A DNA stretch of 64,000 nt, from positions 1,472,001 through 1,536,000 of the forward strand of contig CAXXMD010000002.1 in NCBI GenBank assembly GCA_963675755.2, written 5' to 3'. The notes under the pieces were generated by a model. The model was not told where the DNA came from and made no database searches. It was given only the letters and a program-made list of their open reading frames with translations. The DNA comes from a bacterium (GTDB lineage Bacteria; Zhuqueibacterota; Zhuqueibacteria; Residuimicrobiales; Krinioviventaceae). This document shows, piece after piece, positions 56,094 to 64,000 of the stretch. Position numbers and translations under genes: made by a program. The first letter of the stretch is position 1. Every line of letters begins with the position of its first letter.

Positions 56094-57335
56094 ATGAAAA
56101 CTAAACGGGATTTCCAAATATTTGCCAAAATAGCAGGTGCAGCCTGTAACCTGAATTGCCATTATTGTTACTATTTAAACAAAAATAAGCAATACTCGCA
56201 TGTATCTCCCATGAATGATACTGTTCTTGAAACCTACATCCGGCAGCATATAGAAGCCTGTCCTGAACAAATTATCCGGTTTTCCTGGCATGGCGGTGAA
56301 CCCACCTTGCCTGGTATTGCCTATTTTGAAAAAATAATCCGTTTACAGCAAAAATATTGTCCTTCAGACAGGCAGATAGTTAACGGTATACAAACCAATG
56401 CCACTCTTATAGATGAGGATTGGAGTAAATTTCTTGCAGAGCACCAGTTTATCGTAGGCGTAAGCATGGATGGTCCTGAAGAACTGCACAACCAATTTCG
56501 CCGGGGAAAATCAGGACAAGCCACACATGATCAAACGCTGCGTGGATTTCAGTTATTACAAAGACATGGTACAAATCCCGAGATCCTCTGTGTGGTCAAT
56601 GCTGAAAATGTTCAGCATCCGCTAAAGGTATACCGTTATTTCAAAGAGCTGGGTGCGGAATACATGACGTTTCTCCCCCTGGTAGAGCCCACACAAGACA
56701 CCGAAACAACAGTTAGTAAAGTTTCAGTTCCTTCAAAGAACTTTGGGAATTTTCTATGTATTATATTTGACGAATGGATGGATAAAGACATTGGCAGTAT
56801 CAAAGTACAAATATTTGAAGAAGCCACCCGTACCGCATTCAAACAGCAACACTCACTCTGTATATTTCGGGAGACCTGTGGAGATATACCGGTTGTAGAG
56901 CATAATGGTGACTTTTATGCCTGTGATCATTATGTCAATCCGCAACATCTGCATGGTAACATTATGAAAACCCATTTGGGATTATTGATAGAATCCCCTG
57001 TCCAAAGACAATTTGGTGAAAACAAAAAATCCCTGCCCGCATATTGTTTACATTGTGAGGTCAGGAATATGTGCAACGGTGGCTGCCCGAAAAACAGAAT
57101 AATTGACACACCTGACGGTGAACCGGGTCTCAATTATCTCTGTGCAGGATACAAACTATTCTTTAACCATTGCCGCCCGTTTGTTGAACAGGTTGCCCAA
57201 TTATGGTGCGAACAAAATCCTATACCATCTTTTCCACTCTCTGCATCAAAATCACCGGGACGTAATGATCCCTGTCCCTGCGGCAGCGGTAAAAAATACA
57301 AAAAATGTTGTTTAAACAAATCCGGCCGGGTTTAA
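56094..57335 (+). CDS. Anaerobic sulfatase maturase (radical SAM/SPASM) with C-terminal SEC-C motif
   Basis: CNLNCHYC, WHGGEP, CIFRETCG..YACDHY..CLHC..CNGGCPK, GRNDPCPCGSGKKYKKCC. Confidence 0.95.
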   Translation: MKTKRDFQIFAKIAGAACNLNCHYCYYLNKNKQYSHVSPMNDTVLETYIRQHIEACPEQIIRFSWHGGEPTLPGIAYFEKIIRLQQKYCPSDRQIVNGIQTNATLIDEDWSKFLAEHQFIVGVSMDGPEELHNQFRRGKSGQATHDQTLRGFQLLQRHGTNPEILCVVNAENVQHPLKVYRYFKELGAEYMTFLPLVEPTQDTETTVSKVSVPSKNFGNFLCIIFDEWMDKDIGSIKVQIFEEATRTAFKQQHSLCIFRETCGDIPVVEHNGDFYACDHYVNPQHLHGNIMKTHLGLLIESPVQRQFGENKKSLPAYCLHCEVRNMCNGGCPKNRIIDTPDGEPGLNYLCAGYKLFFNHCRPFVEQVAQLWCEQNPIPSFPLSASKSPGRNDPCPCGSGKKYKKCCLNKSGRV

Positions 57336-58184
57336 TCAGGTAGCCAGCTTTTCTTTGAAAAAAGCAACTGTTCGTGACCAGGCCAGATCGGCCGCCTCCT
57401 TGTCGTATCGGGAACCGGTATCATTATTAAACGCGTGGCCCGCCCCATCATAGATAAAATATTGGTACTCTTTGTTTGCGGATTTTAGCGCTTTTTCAAA
57501 ATCCGCTATTCCCGCATTAATCCGCTCATCGGTTCCGCCATAATGCATCATCAATGGAGCTTGAATTTTGGATACATCCTCTTCCTCAGGCTGGCGCCCA
57601 TAATAAGGTACAGCTGCATCAAGGTCCGGTGCATTTACAGCGACCTGGTTGGTCATGGCACCGCCCCAGCAAAATCCGGTACAGCCGACTTTGCCGGTAG
57701 ATTGCGGATGTGTTTTCAAATATTTGACCGCTGCGGTAAAATTCTTAACTGTTGTGGGATAATCCAGCACACGCATTTGAGTACGGGCCATATCCTCATC
57801 CGGAGGAGTCCCTCCGCTTTCAGATAATGCGTCCGGGGCAATTGCCAGAAAGCCTTCCAAAGCCATACGTCGTGTTACATCACGGATATGATCATTCAGT
57901 CCCCGGTTTTCGTGAATAACAATCACCGCCGGATACTTTTTTTCCGCTTTGGGCCTAGCCAAATAGGCCATCATTTTACCGGATTCAACGGGATATTTAA
58001 TATCATCAATAAATAACCGTTCATCGTCTTTGGGCACAATATCCGCAAAAGCTTTTAGGTTGCCCAATAGGGTTGCTGCTACAGCAGCACTGCCTGTAAT
58101 TTTAACAATCCTTGTTGTGAATTCCCTGCGTGTAATCATTCCCCTCGAAAACAAGGCATACAGATCAATTATTTTTTGATCCAT
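57336..58184 (-). CDS. Dienelactone hydrolase family protein (YghX-like), Tat motif
   Basis: MDQKIIDLY..TRREF; HENRGLN, GFCWGG, D(ERIN), HAF; AAGGAG RBS before ATG 58184. Confidence 0.93.
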   Translation of the reverse strand: MDQKIIDLYALFSRGMITRREFTTRIVKITGSAAVAATLLGNLKAFADIVPKDDERLFIDDIKYPVESGKMMAYLARPKAEKKYPAVIVIHENRGLNDHIRDVTRRMALEGFLAIAPDALSESGGTPPDEDMARTQMRVLDYPTTVKNFTAAVKYLKTHPQSTGKVGCTGFCWGGAMTNQVAVNAPDLDAAVPYYGRQPEEEDVSKIQAPLMMHYGGTDERINAGIADFEKALKSANKEYQYFIYDGAGHAFNNDTGSRYDKEAADLAWSRTVAFFKEKLAT

Positions 58185-58342
58185 TTTATCTCTCCTTGAA
58201 TTGAATAAAACTCCCTTTTCAATCATAATCATAAACCAAACCCAACGCAACACTTTTTTTCTCTATTCAAGAAATTCCTTTGATTTGTGAAAAATCTTGT
58301 TACTTTTTTAACACAATTCAAGATGAACAAAAGGAGTTTGCG

Positions 58343-60121
58343 ATGAAAAAGTGGTTTTTATTCAGTTTAATTTTATTTATATCCTTAAACGTTTTCGGTC
58401 AGGATAAATTCTGGATCCGGGACGGAGACGAGATCCTGTTCTGGGGTGACAGTATTACCGATGACGGAATCTATTCCAGAATCGTTGAAAATTATGTACT
58501 CACCTACTATCCTGATTGGAATGTAAAATTTGTGAATCTGGGCTGGGGCGGCGACCGTTCATCTTTTTATCCCAGACTTGAACGTGATATTGCATTGAGT
58601 AAACCTGACCGCGTAACCATTATGCTGGGAATGAATGACGGATTGTACCAAGCACCCGACGCAGAAGTTCAGCAAACCTATGTGGATGGTATTCACACCC
58701 TGATCAAAATATTAAAAGAGCGTTCCAATCCTGAAATTCTGCTCATATCTCCCACTCCGTACGATCTTCGTTGTCGTGTGGATCTGGCAAACGGATTTAC
58801 AACCAGACTTAAAGACATGTCACGCGCTTTTTATCCCCCCACTCTGCGCCGTTTAACCAAAGCCTTGCAGGAAATTGCAGACAAGGAAGGTTGTCGCTAT
58901 TATGACCTGCATCAGGATTATATTGAGCGAATCGAAGAGCTGGACGGGTTTAGCGGAGATTACCAACTGACTGCAGAAGGCATTCATCCCAATATTGATG
59001 GTGCTGTGTATATGGGACTGGGAATCCTGGACGCCATGCAGGCTTCCAAAGATGTAGCGGGTGTCTGGTTCGATGAGGCCGGCCAGGTAGACAGTACCTA
59101 TGACTGTAAAATATCTGATCTCAAAACGGATGATAAATCCATATCTTTTACACGTGACGCACAACGCTTACCCATGCCGTTGTATCCGTCAGTACGGGAA
59201 ACCTTTTTGAAACTGATCGATTATAAAAATGCCTGGAACCGGGACATGCTCGCAGTTGCCGGTAAAGATTCTGCCACCTGGTTTGAATTGCGAATTGATG
59301 GTGTTTTGGTTGACATGGTTACCGGTTATGAACTGGGAAATGGAGTAAACCTCAGTACGTATATGGCTTCTCCCATTATGGAACAGGCGTATCGGGTATT
59401 TGAAGCCACTGAAAGATATGAAGATACCTTTTATGCCATGTGGCGTTACAACCTGCTCAAAGGTGTAAGAGGTCCAAATGAGTATACTCCTTTTGATGAA
59501 ACTGTTGATACCAAACCGTTTTACGACAAATTGGATGAAATCTATAAAGAACAGCATACAATCAATCAACCCAAGTCTCATAAAATCGAGATCAAAGCGG
59601 TAGATGTTCCCATATTTAAAAATATTGCAAAAGCAGAAATTTGCACTGAATTCCTGCAAGATTTTAACAAGCTCCATTTTGAAATTGATTCCAAATTGCT
59701 GCGAACATTCAATTCGCCACTGTGTTTGTATGGCAATTTCACCTATACACCGCAATATCAATGGACAATCCTGGAAACCAAAGGCTACTATACCGACGTT
59801 CCCGCAGAGATGTATGATGACGGTACTCATGGCGACAAAAAAGCCGGTGACGGTGTTTACAGCCTGGACATGTACATCCAAAAGGATGCCGGTACACTGC
59901 AATTTGCCGTGCAGGATGGCATCTATTTAAAAGAATTCTGGAACCGCCTTGAAGCAGAAAACCATCGTGATGCGGAATGTGACTGGTTGACCATTGCCTG
60001 GGGTAAACTGGACAGCACCCTGAACGAAAGAGGTACCCGCATTGAAGTAAAATCCAATGCACCCCAATCCTTTATCTGGGACAAGGATCAGTTTGAAAAA
60101 GCAGTAAAAGCAGGATTGTAA
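58343..60121 (+). CDS. Exported SGNH/GDSL hydrolase with a C-terminal DDGxxGDxxAGDGxYS (choice-of-anchor X-like) module
   Basis: Signal peptide, GDSIT, GWGGD, LGMND, EGIHP; MYDDGTHGDKKAGDGVYS. Confidence 0.85.
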   Translation: MKKWFLFSLILFISLNVFGQDKFWIRDGDEILFWGDSITDDGIYSRIVENYVLTYYPDWNVKFVNLGWGGDRSSFYPRLERDIALSKPDRVTIMLGMNDGLYQAPDAEVQQTYVDGIHTLIKILKERSNPEILLISPTPYDLRCRVDLANGFTTRLKDMSRAFYPPTLRRLTKALQEIADKEGCRYYDLHQDYIERIEELDGFSGDYQLTAEGIHPNIDGAVYMGLGILDAMQASKDVAGVWFDEAGQVDSTYDCKISDLKTDDKSISFTRDAQRLPMPLYPSVRETFLKLIDYKNAWNRDMLAVAGKDSATWFELRIDGVLVDMVTGYELGNGVNLSTYMASPIMEQAYRVFEATERYEDTFYAMWRYNLLKGVRGPNEYTPFDETVDTKPFYDKLDEIYKEQHTINQPKSHKIEIKAVDVPIFKNIAKAEICTEFLQDFNKLHFEIDSKLLRTFNSPLCLYGNFTYTPQYQWTILETKGYYTDVPAEMYDDGTHGDKKAGDGVYSLDMYIQKDAGTLQFAVQDGIYLKEFWNRLEAENHRDAECDWLTIAWGKLDSTLNERGTRIEVKSNAPQSFIWDKDQFEKAVKAGL

Positions 60122-60160
60122 TCATTTAACCTCCCGGAGGTAATTCATCAAGAAACATAC

Positions 60161-60217
60161 GAAGCAGAGCTTCGCGCCATAGTTCCGTCCCATCCGTCAG
60201 CTGACGGATGGGACGGA
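60161..60217. repeat. REP-like palindromic element
   Basis: GAAGC-aga-GCTTC hairpin, then a perfect 34-bp palindrome TCCGTCCCATCCGTCAG/CTGACGGATGGGACGGA at 60184-60217. Confidence 0.8.
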
Positions 60218-60281
60218 GAATTAATGATTTTTTTAAGATTATGACTTTTTCAAACAATCACCAAGTGAACCTGAATTATCT

Positions 60282-60313
60282 AAAACCCTGGTTAATTTGA
60301 CCCGGGCTTTTTT
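60282..60313. terminator. Probable bidirectional terminator downstream of mscL and the SGNH gene
   Basis: AAAACCCTGGTT..GACCCGGGCTTTTTT imperfect stem flanked by A and T tracts. Confidence 0.5.
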
Positions 60314-60319
60314 ATAAAA

Positions 60320-60772
60320 TTAACTCAACTCTGAAGTACAACTCGGGCATCGGGTTGCTTTGATTGAAATGGTAGAAAAACAATGGGGACATTCTTTGGT
60401 TGTGGGTTCAGCGGGTGGAGCTTCTTCTTTACGTTTCAATCGATTAATACTGCGGATGACTAGAAAAACAGAAAATGCTACAATTATAAAGCTGACAATG
60501 GTATTGATAAACAATCCGTAATTCAATGTAACTGCCCCGGCTGCTTGCGCGTCAGCCAAAGATGCATAAGGAGCGGCAGCAGCAGTACCCTCTTTTAATA
60601 CCAGAAAGAGATTCGTAAAATCAACATTTCCCAAAAGCAGACCAATGGGCGGCATGATAATGTCAGCCACCAAGGACTTTACGATTGTTCCAAAAGCCGC
60701 ACCGATAATAATACCCACCGCCATATCAATGACATTTCCACGCATGGCAAATTCTTTAAACTCTTTGAACAT
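60320..60772 (-). CDS. mscL: Large-conductance mechanosensitive channel with C-terminal zinc ribbon
   Basis: [31 protein letters not shown]; tail CPHC...CPSC. Confidence 0.97.
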   Translation of the reverse strand: MFKEFKEFAMRGNVIDMAVGIIIGAAFGTIVKSLVADIIMPPIGLLLGNVDFTNLFLVLKEGTAAAAPYASLADAQAAGAVTLNYGLFINTIVSFIIVAFSVFLVIRSINRLKRKEEAPPAEPTTKECPHCFSTISIKATRCPSCTSELS

Positions 60773-60916
60773 GTTTACATCTCCTTGATTAACAAAAACA
60801 AATGTTAGGTAAAATAGATTTTTACTAAACCTTATGAATGTAAAATAAATTCCATTTAATCAGGATTTTCTACCTCCGGAAGGTTGGCATGAATATGTTG
60901 TGCAGAGCCTTTTATC

Positions 60917-60939
60917 GTGACAGAGATAATCTCTGTCAC
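60917..60939. repeat. Perfect inverted repeat (REP-like or terminator-like)
   Basis: GTGACAGAGAT-a-ATCTCTGTCAC. Confidence 0.7.
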
Positions 60940-61017
60940 AATCGTTTTTCAGTGAATCTGAAAATTTTTGAATACTGCCTACTTAAGAAACAGCAAGCCG
61001 GACCATAATTACAAAAC

Positions 61018-63168
61018 TTATCTCCCCATCACCCACGCAAGATTAAATGCATAATACAACCTGCTGTCGCTCAAATGGATAATGCCGTCCGGGGTTTGGA
61101 TGCCTGCCCAGTATGAATGCGGCTGGCCATGTGTAGAGTCCAGCACAAATTGCTCGTTCCAGGGAGCGGCAAGATGTCTCTCCTCCCCTTGTTTTACATT
61201 GCTCAACACCCGGATAATGGGCCATGTCTTGCCTTCATCCCAGGACAATGCGGCATAACTGCCCAAAAGGGTTGCAGGATTTCCATTGGCATCCAGTCCC
61301 TCAATCCCTTTGGGTGCAATGCTGACAAACAGAATCGGTTTTCTGCCCAACCCGTTGGGATCAAGCGAGGTATCTGAATATTCCAGACGAATGAGCGCTG
61401 AACGCATAACCGAACTGATAGACGGAAATATAGATTTGTGAACGGAAAACGTTTTACCCTGATCATCCGAATAACACATGGGCATATTGCCAAAAGTATC
61501 TCCACTATCGCGGTCAAAGCACAAAATCCTGCCATCTAACAGTTCAACACCTGCAATATGAATTCCCGGAGGCCCTGCCTTTTCTGTTTGCACAGCCCAG
61601 GTCTTTCCACCATCCTTACTGATATTGACCGTTGAGCCGCTGCCGCCCACAGGTGAGCCATCCGAAAAGGAAATAAAGCTGCCATCTTGAAGCACAAACA
61701 CATTTCCCTGCGGCTGGTTGCGATCCGCTTCCAGGTGAAAATCGTCTACTCCCTGTTTAATGGTCACCGGTTCCGACCAGGTAACGCCATTGTCGGTGCT
61801 TTTGCTGAATGTCTGAGAGAGTTTGGACCATCTGCCGTCCGTGCTGATACCATTGAGTCGATACAGCGTAAAGGGTTCGTCAAATCCATTTGCCAACCTG
61901 ACTGCATTGTTCCACAGCTGGGTTCCGTGCATGTTCCGATCCGCTTCTTTGTAAAACTCGGTTACCTGATCATCCCACACCAGCTCACCGGATGCCTGTC
62001 GTCTCGCACGCAGGGCCAGCACAGTCAATGCCTGGTCTTTTTCGCTCTCCCCGGTAAACCACGCCATAAGCAGATCCCCATTCTCTCCCCAGGTGATTGC
62101 CGGAGAGTGATTATGGGTATACAGCGGAATGCTAAACTGCTCCATCAGTTCGGGACTGTTGTAGGTTTCAACAATATTATATAAGGATTTTAATTCGAAA
62201 TAGGACCGGGGACTGTCTGATGACCATTGATATTTTTCAGAATTTACATGTTGTGCCCAGATTTTGGATTCGTGCTGTAAATAAGGTTTGGGTAAGGCTT
62301 GTCCCTTGGGTACCCGCACGGGCCGGAATCCCATCAGAAAATGTCGGTCGGTTCTGCCGGATGAGGTACGGTTTGCCGCACGCAATGTTTGGATATAGAC
62401 ATTATGACAACCACCGCGGACGACTTTGGAATCTCCATTCACATAGCCAACAGGATCAAGGGTGTCCGATGCTGCATATGGACCGTACCAGTCCATGCAC
62501 AGTTCCTGCACATTTGCGCTCATGTCATACAATCCCCATGCGTTTGGGCCTTCCCGTCCAACAGTCAGGTCCACATCTTTTGGGGTAGTCCAGGCGATAC
62601 CGTTCGCGGGACGGTTGCCCCGTGTTACCAGCCAGGGGAAAATGATATTCTGATCAAAAAGCAGATCGCCCAAAGGATTGTGATCATAGATATCCTCTTT
62701 CACACCATCAATATAGGGTGTACGGGTTCCGGCTCGTGCAGCATGTTCCCATTCCGCTTCGGTGGGTAAACGGTAATCATGGTCAGGATCGTTTTGCGAC
62801 ATCCACTTGCAAAACGCCACAGCATCGTTCCAGTTGACATATACCACAGCCTCATTATCATTGGCACTCATGCCCCAGGCCTTGCCGCGTAATTTTGCAT
62901 GATCAGGATCAAACAATTCATATTGCGCGTTGGTGATCTCGTATTTGGACATTTCAAATGACTGTGTAAGGGTAACCGATCTTGCAGGGAGTTCATCCTG
63001 GATGAATATCGCTTTTTCAGCAGTGATGTATTCGGGTCCCAGATCAGCGCCCATCATAAAACTTCCGGCAGGAACAGAGACAAATTCCAGGTCTGGTAAA
63101 TTTGCTGCAAATCCGGCAATACTAGAACAATACACAAATAAAAAGAAAACAAATTTTAGATTTTTCAT
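61018..63168 (-). CDS. Exported FGE-sulfatase (SUMF1-like) domain fused to a BNR/sialidase-like propeller
   Basis: GSFMMG, YEITNAQY, RLPTEAEWE, PNAWGLYDM..NV.E, GFR; four Asp-boxes (STDNGVTW, SKDGGKTW, SDDQGKTF, SWDEGKTW). Confidence 0.88.
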   Translation of the reverse strand: MKNLKFVFFLFVYCSSIAGFAANLPDLEFVSVPAGSFMMGADLGPEYITAEKAIFIQDELPARSVTLTQSFEMSKYEITNAQYELFDPDHAKLRGKAWGMSANDNEAVVYVNWNDAVAFCKWMSQNDPDHDYRLPTEAEWEHAARAGTRTPYIDGVKEDIYDHNPLGDLLFDQNIIFPWLVTRGNRPANGIAWTTPKDVDLTVGREGPNAWGLYDMSANVQELCMDWYGPYAASDTLDPVGYVNGDSKVVRGGCHNVYIQTLRAANRTSSGRTDRHFLMGFRPVRVPKGQALPKPYLQHESKIWAQHVNSEKYQWSSDSPRSYFELKSLYNIVETYNSPELMEQFSIPLYTHNHSPAITWGENGDLLMAWFTGESEKDQALTVLALRARRQASGELVWDDQVTEFYKEADRNMHGTQLWNNAVRLANGFDEPFTLYRLNGISTDGRWSKLSQTFSKSTDNGVTWSEPVTIKQGVDDFHLEADRNQPQGNVFVLQDGSFISFSDGSPVGGSGSTVNISKDGGKTWAVQTEKAGPPGIHIAGVELLDGRILCFDRDSGDTFGNMPMCYSDDQGKTFSVHKSIFPSISSVMRSALIRLEYSDTSLDPNGLGRKPILFVSIAPKGIEGLDANGNPATLLGSYAALSWDEGKTWPIIRVLSNVKQGEERHLAAPWNEQFVLDSTHGQPHSYWAGIQTPDGIIHLSDSRLYYAFNLAWVMGR

Positions 63169-63246
63169 CAATAACACCTCAAGCAAGAAACATACATTAT
63201 ATCAAAGACTGAACACTGATAACACAAACAAATCAAGACATCATTA

Positions 63247-64000
63247 TTATTTTCCAAACCACACTTTCATCTTGCCTTCGCCCCGGTTTGACCAGGCATA
63301 GTAGGGTATTAGCATCATATCAGGATTTTTTGCCGAGATCACATTTACTCCATTCAACAAATTATCCCTGTGTTCAATGTCAAATTGGGTTCCGCCATTA
63401 ATAAGCAATTCCATAAAATTCGGATTATCAATTTCTTCCGCGCAATACACAATGGGACCGTAATCAATGGCAGTCTTGCCATGGTCTTCTGCCACCCGGG
63501 TATCTGCAATGATCCGTTTGATGGTCATGGAGAACTCTAATTCAATATGGTCCCCTTTTTTCCACGTCCGCGTAATTTCCGCAAAGCCTTTGTTATACTT
63601 GTAGTCAGCGGGCTCACCATTAATCAAAATCGAAAACTCCATAGCACTGTTGGATGAATAGCTGTACAGATTTCCCGGTAATGTACGGTCAAGCACCCAT
63701 CCCGGTATACGCAGTTTGAGGGTCATGCGGGTCTCTTTTTCCAGATCCAGTTTGATCTCTGCATTGCCATTCCAGGGGAACCCGGAAGTCTGTTCAAGAC
63801 GCATATCCGTATGATTGATATTAAACCGGGCATTACTTCCCACATACAGGTTGATATAAAGGCTATCCTCATTGACCGCATAAATCAGATTGGGAATGGA
63901 CGGTACAAACCGGATGATATTTGTGGGACAGCAGGAGCAATCGAACCAGCCTTGACGGGTGCGCGAGCCCTGGTTAAATTTGTATTCACCATCTGCCTCA
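63247..64000 (-). CDS. GH127 beta-L-arabinofuranosidase-family protein, C-terminal part (starts outside window)
   Basis: Hand translation from the window end: TRQGWFDCSCCPTNIIR...LRIPGW...GPIVYCAE...IPYYAWSNRG. Confidence 0.9.
   Translation of the reverse strand, partial: EADGEYKFNQGSRTRQGWFDCSCCPTNIIRFVPSIPNLIYAVNEDSLYINLYVGSNARFNINHTDMRLEQTSGFPWNGNAEIKLDLEKETRMTLKLRIPGWVLDRTLPGNLYSYSSNSAMEFSILINGEPADYKYNKGFAEITRTWKKGDHIELEFSMTIKRIIADTRVAEDHGKTAIDYGPIVYCAEEIDNPNFMELLINGGTQFDIEHRDNLLNGVNVISAKNPDMMLIPYYAWSNRGEGKMKVWFGK

Noticed and set aside
57240-57335. SEC-C tail on the sulfatase maturase, and the zinc ribbon on MscL at 60320-60400
   Set aside because: Both are common known appendages, not novel.
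59189-59902. 237-aa antisense ORF, and the other shadow ORFs in the track
   Set aside because: Fully overlapped by well-supported genes on another frame or strand; no recognisable motifs.
61018-63168. FGE/C-type lectin fold as a diversity-generating retroelement target
   Set aside because: No reverse transcriptase and no template-repeat/variable-repeat pair seen in the window.

Overview
Bacterial chromosomal window, AT-rich by eye. The gene content (porX-tsaE, Bacteroidetes-like CAZymes, MGQQQLLL-type pilin) suggests an FCB-superphylum lineage such as KSB1, Calditrichota or Ignavibacteria; this is inference only. There are three blocks. (1) 2.3-19.9 kb, minus strand: a compact, atypical type IVa pilus-like locus (pilin, pilC, pilB, REC-cNMP regulator, PilS-like sensor lacking its ATPase domain, pilT, fused pilM-N, fused pilO-P, minimal secretin with a C-terminal extension, Ig-repeat lipoprotein, three minor pilins, HDOD). 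All four pilin-like genes have in-frame stops just upstream of the start, so none has a normal class III leader, and no prepilin peptidase lies in the window. (2) 20.5-37.5 kb, plus strand: housekeeping genes (porX, tsaE, tsaB, rimI, accD, surE, guaA, glmS, uppP, holA, rdgB, tRNA-Pro), plus an ECF sigma/anti-sigma pair followed by an HtrA-like protein that has lost all three catalytic residues. (3) 37.5-64 kb: an accessory region starting at repeated tRNA 3' ends, with orphan HisKA_2 kinases, a sulfatase and its maturase, GH51, a GH141-GH31-UROD/methyltransferase-SSS operon, an SGNH hydrolase, mscL flanked by REP-like palindromes, an FGE-BNR fusion and a partial GH127. All family calls come from motif recognition by eye; no searches were run.
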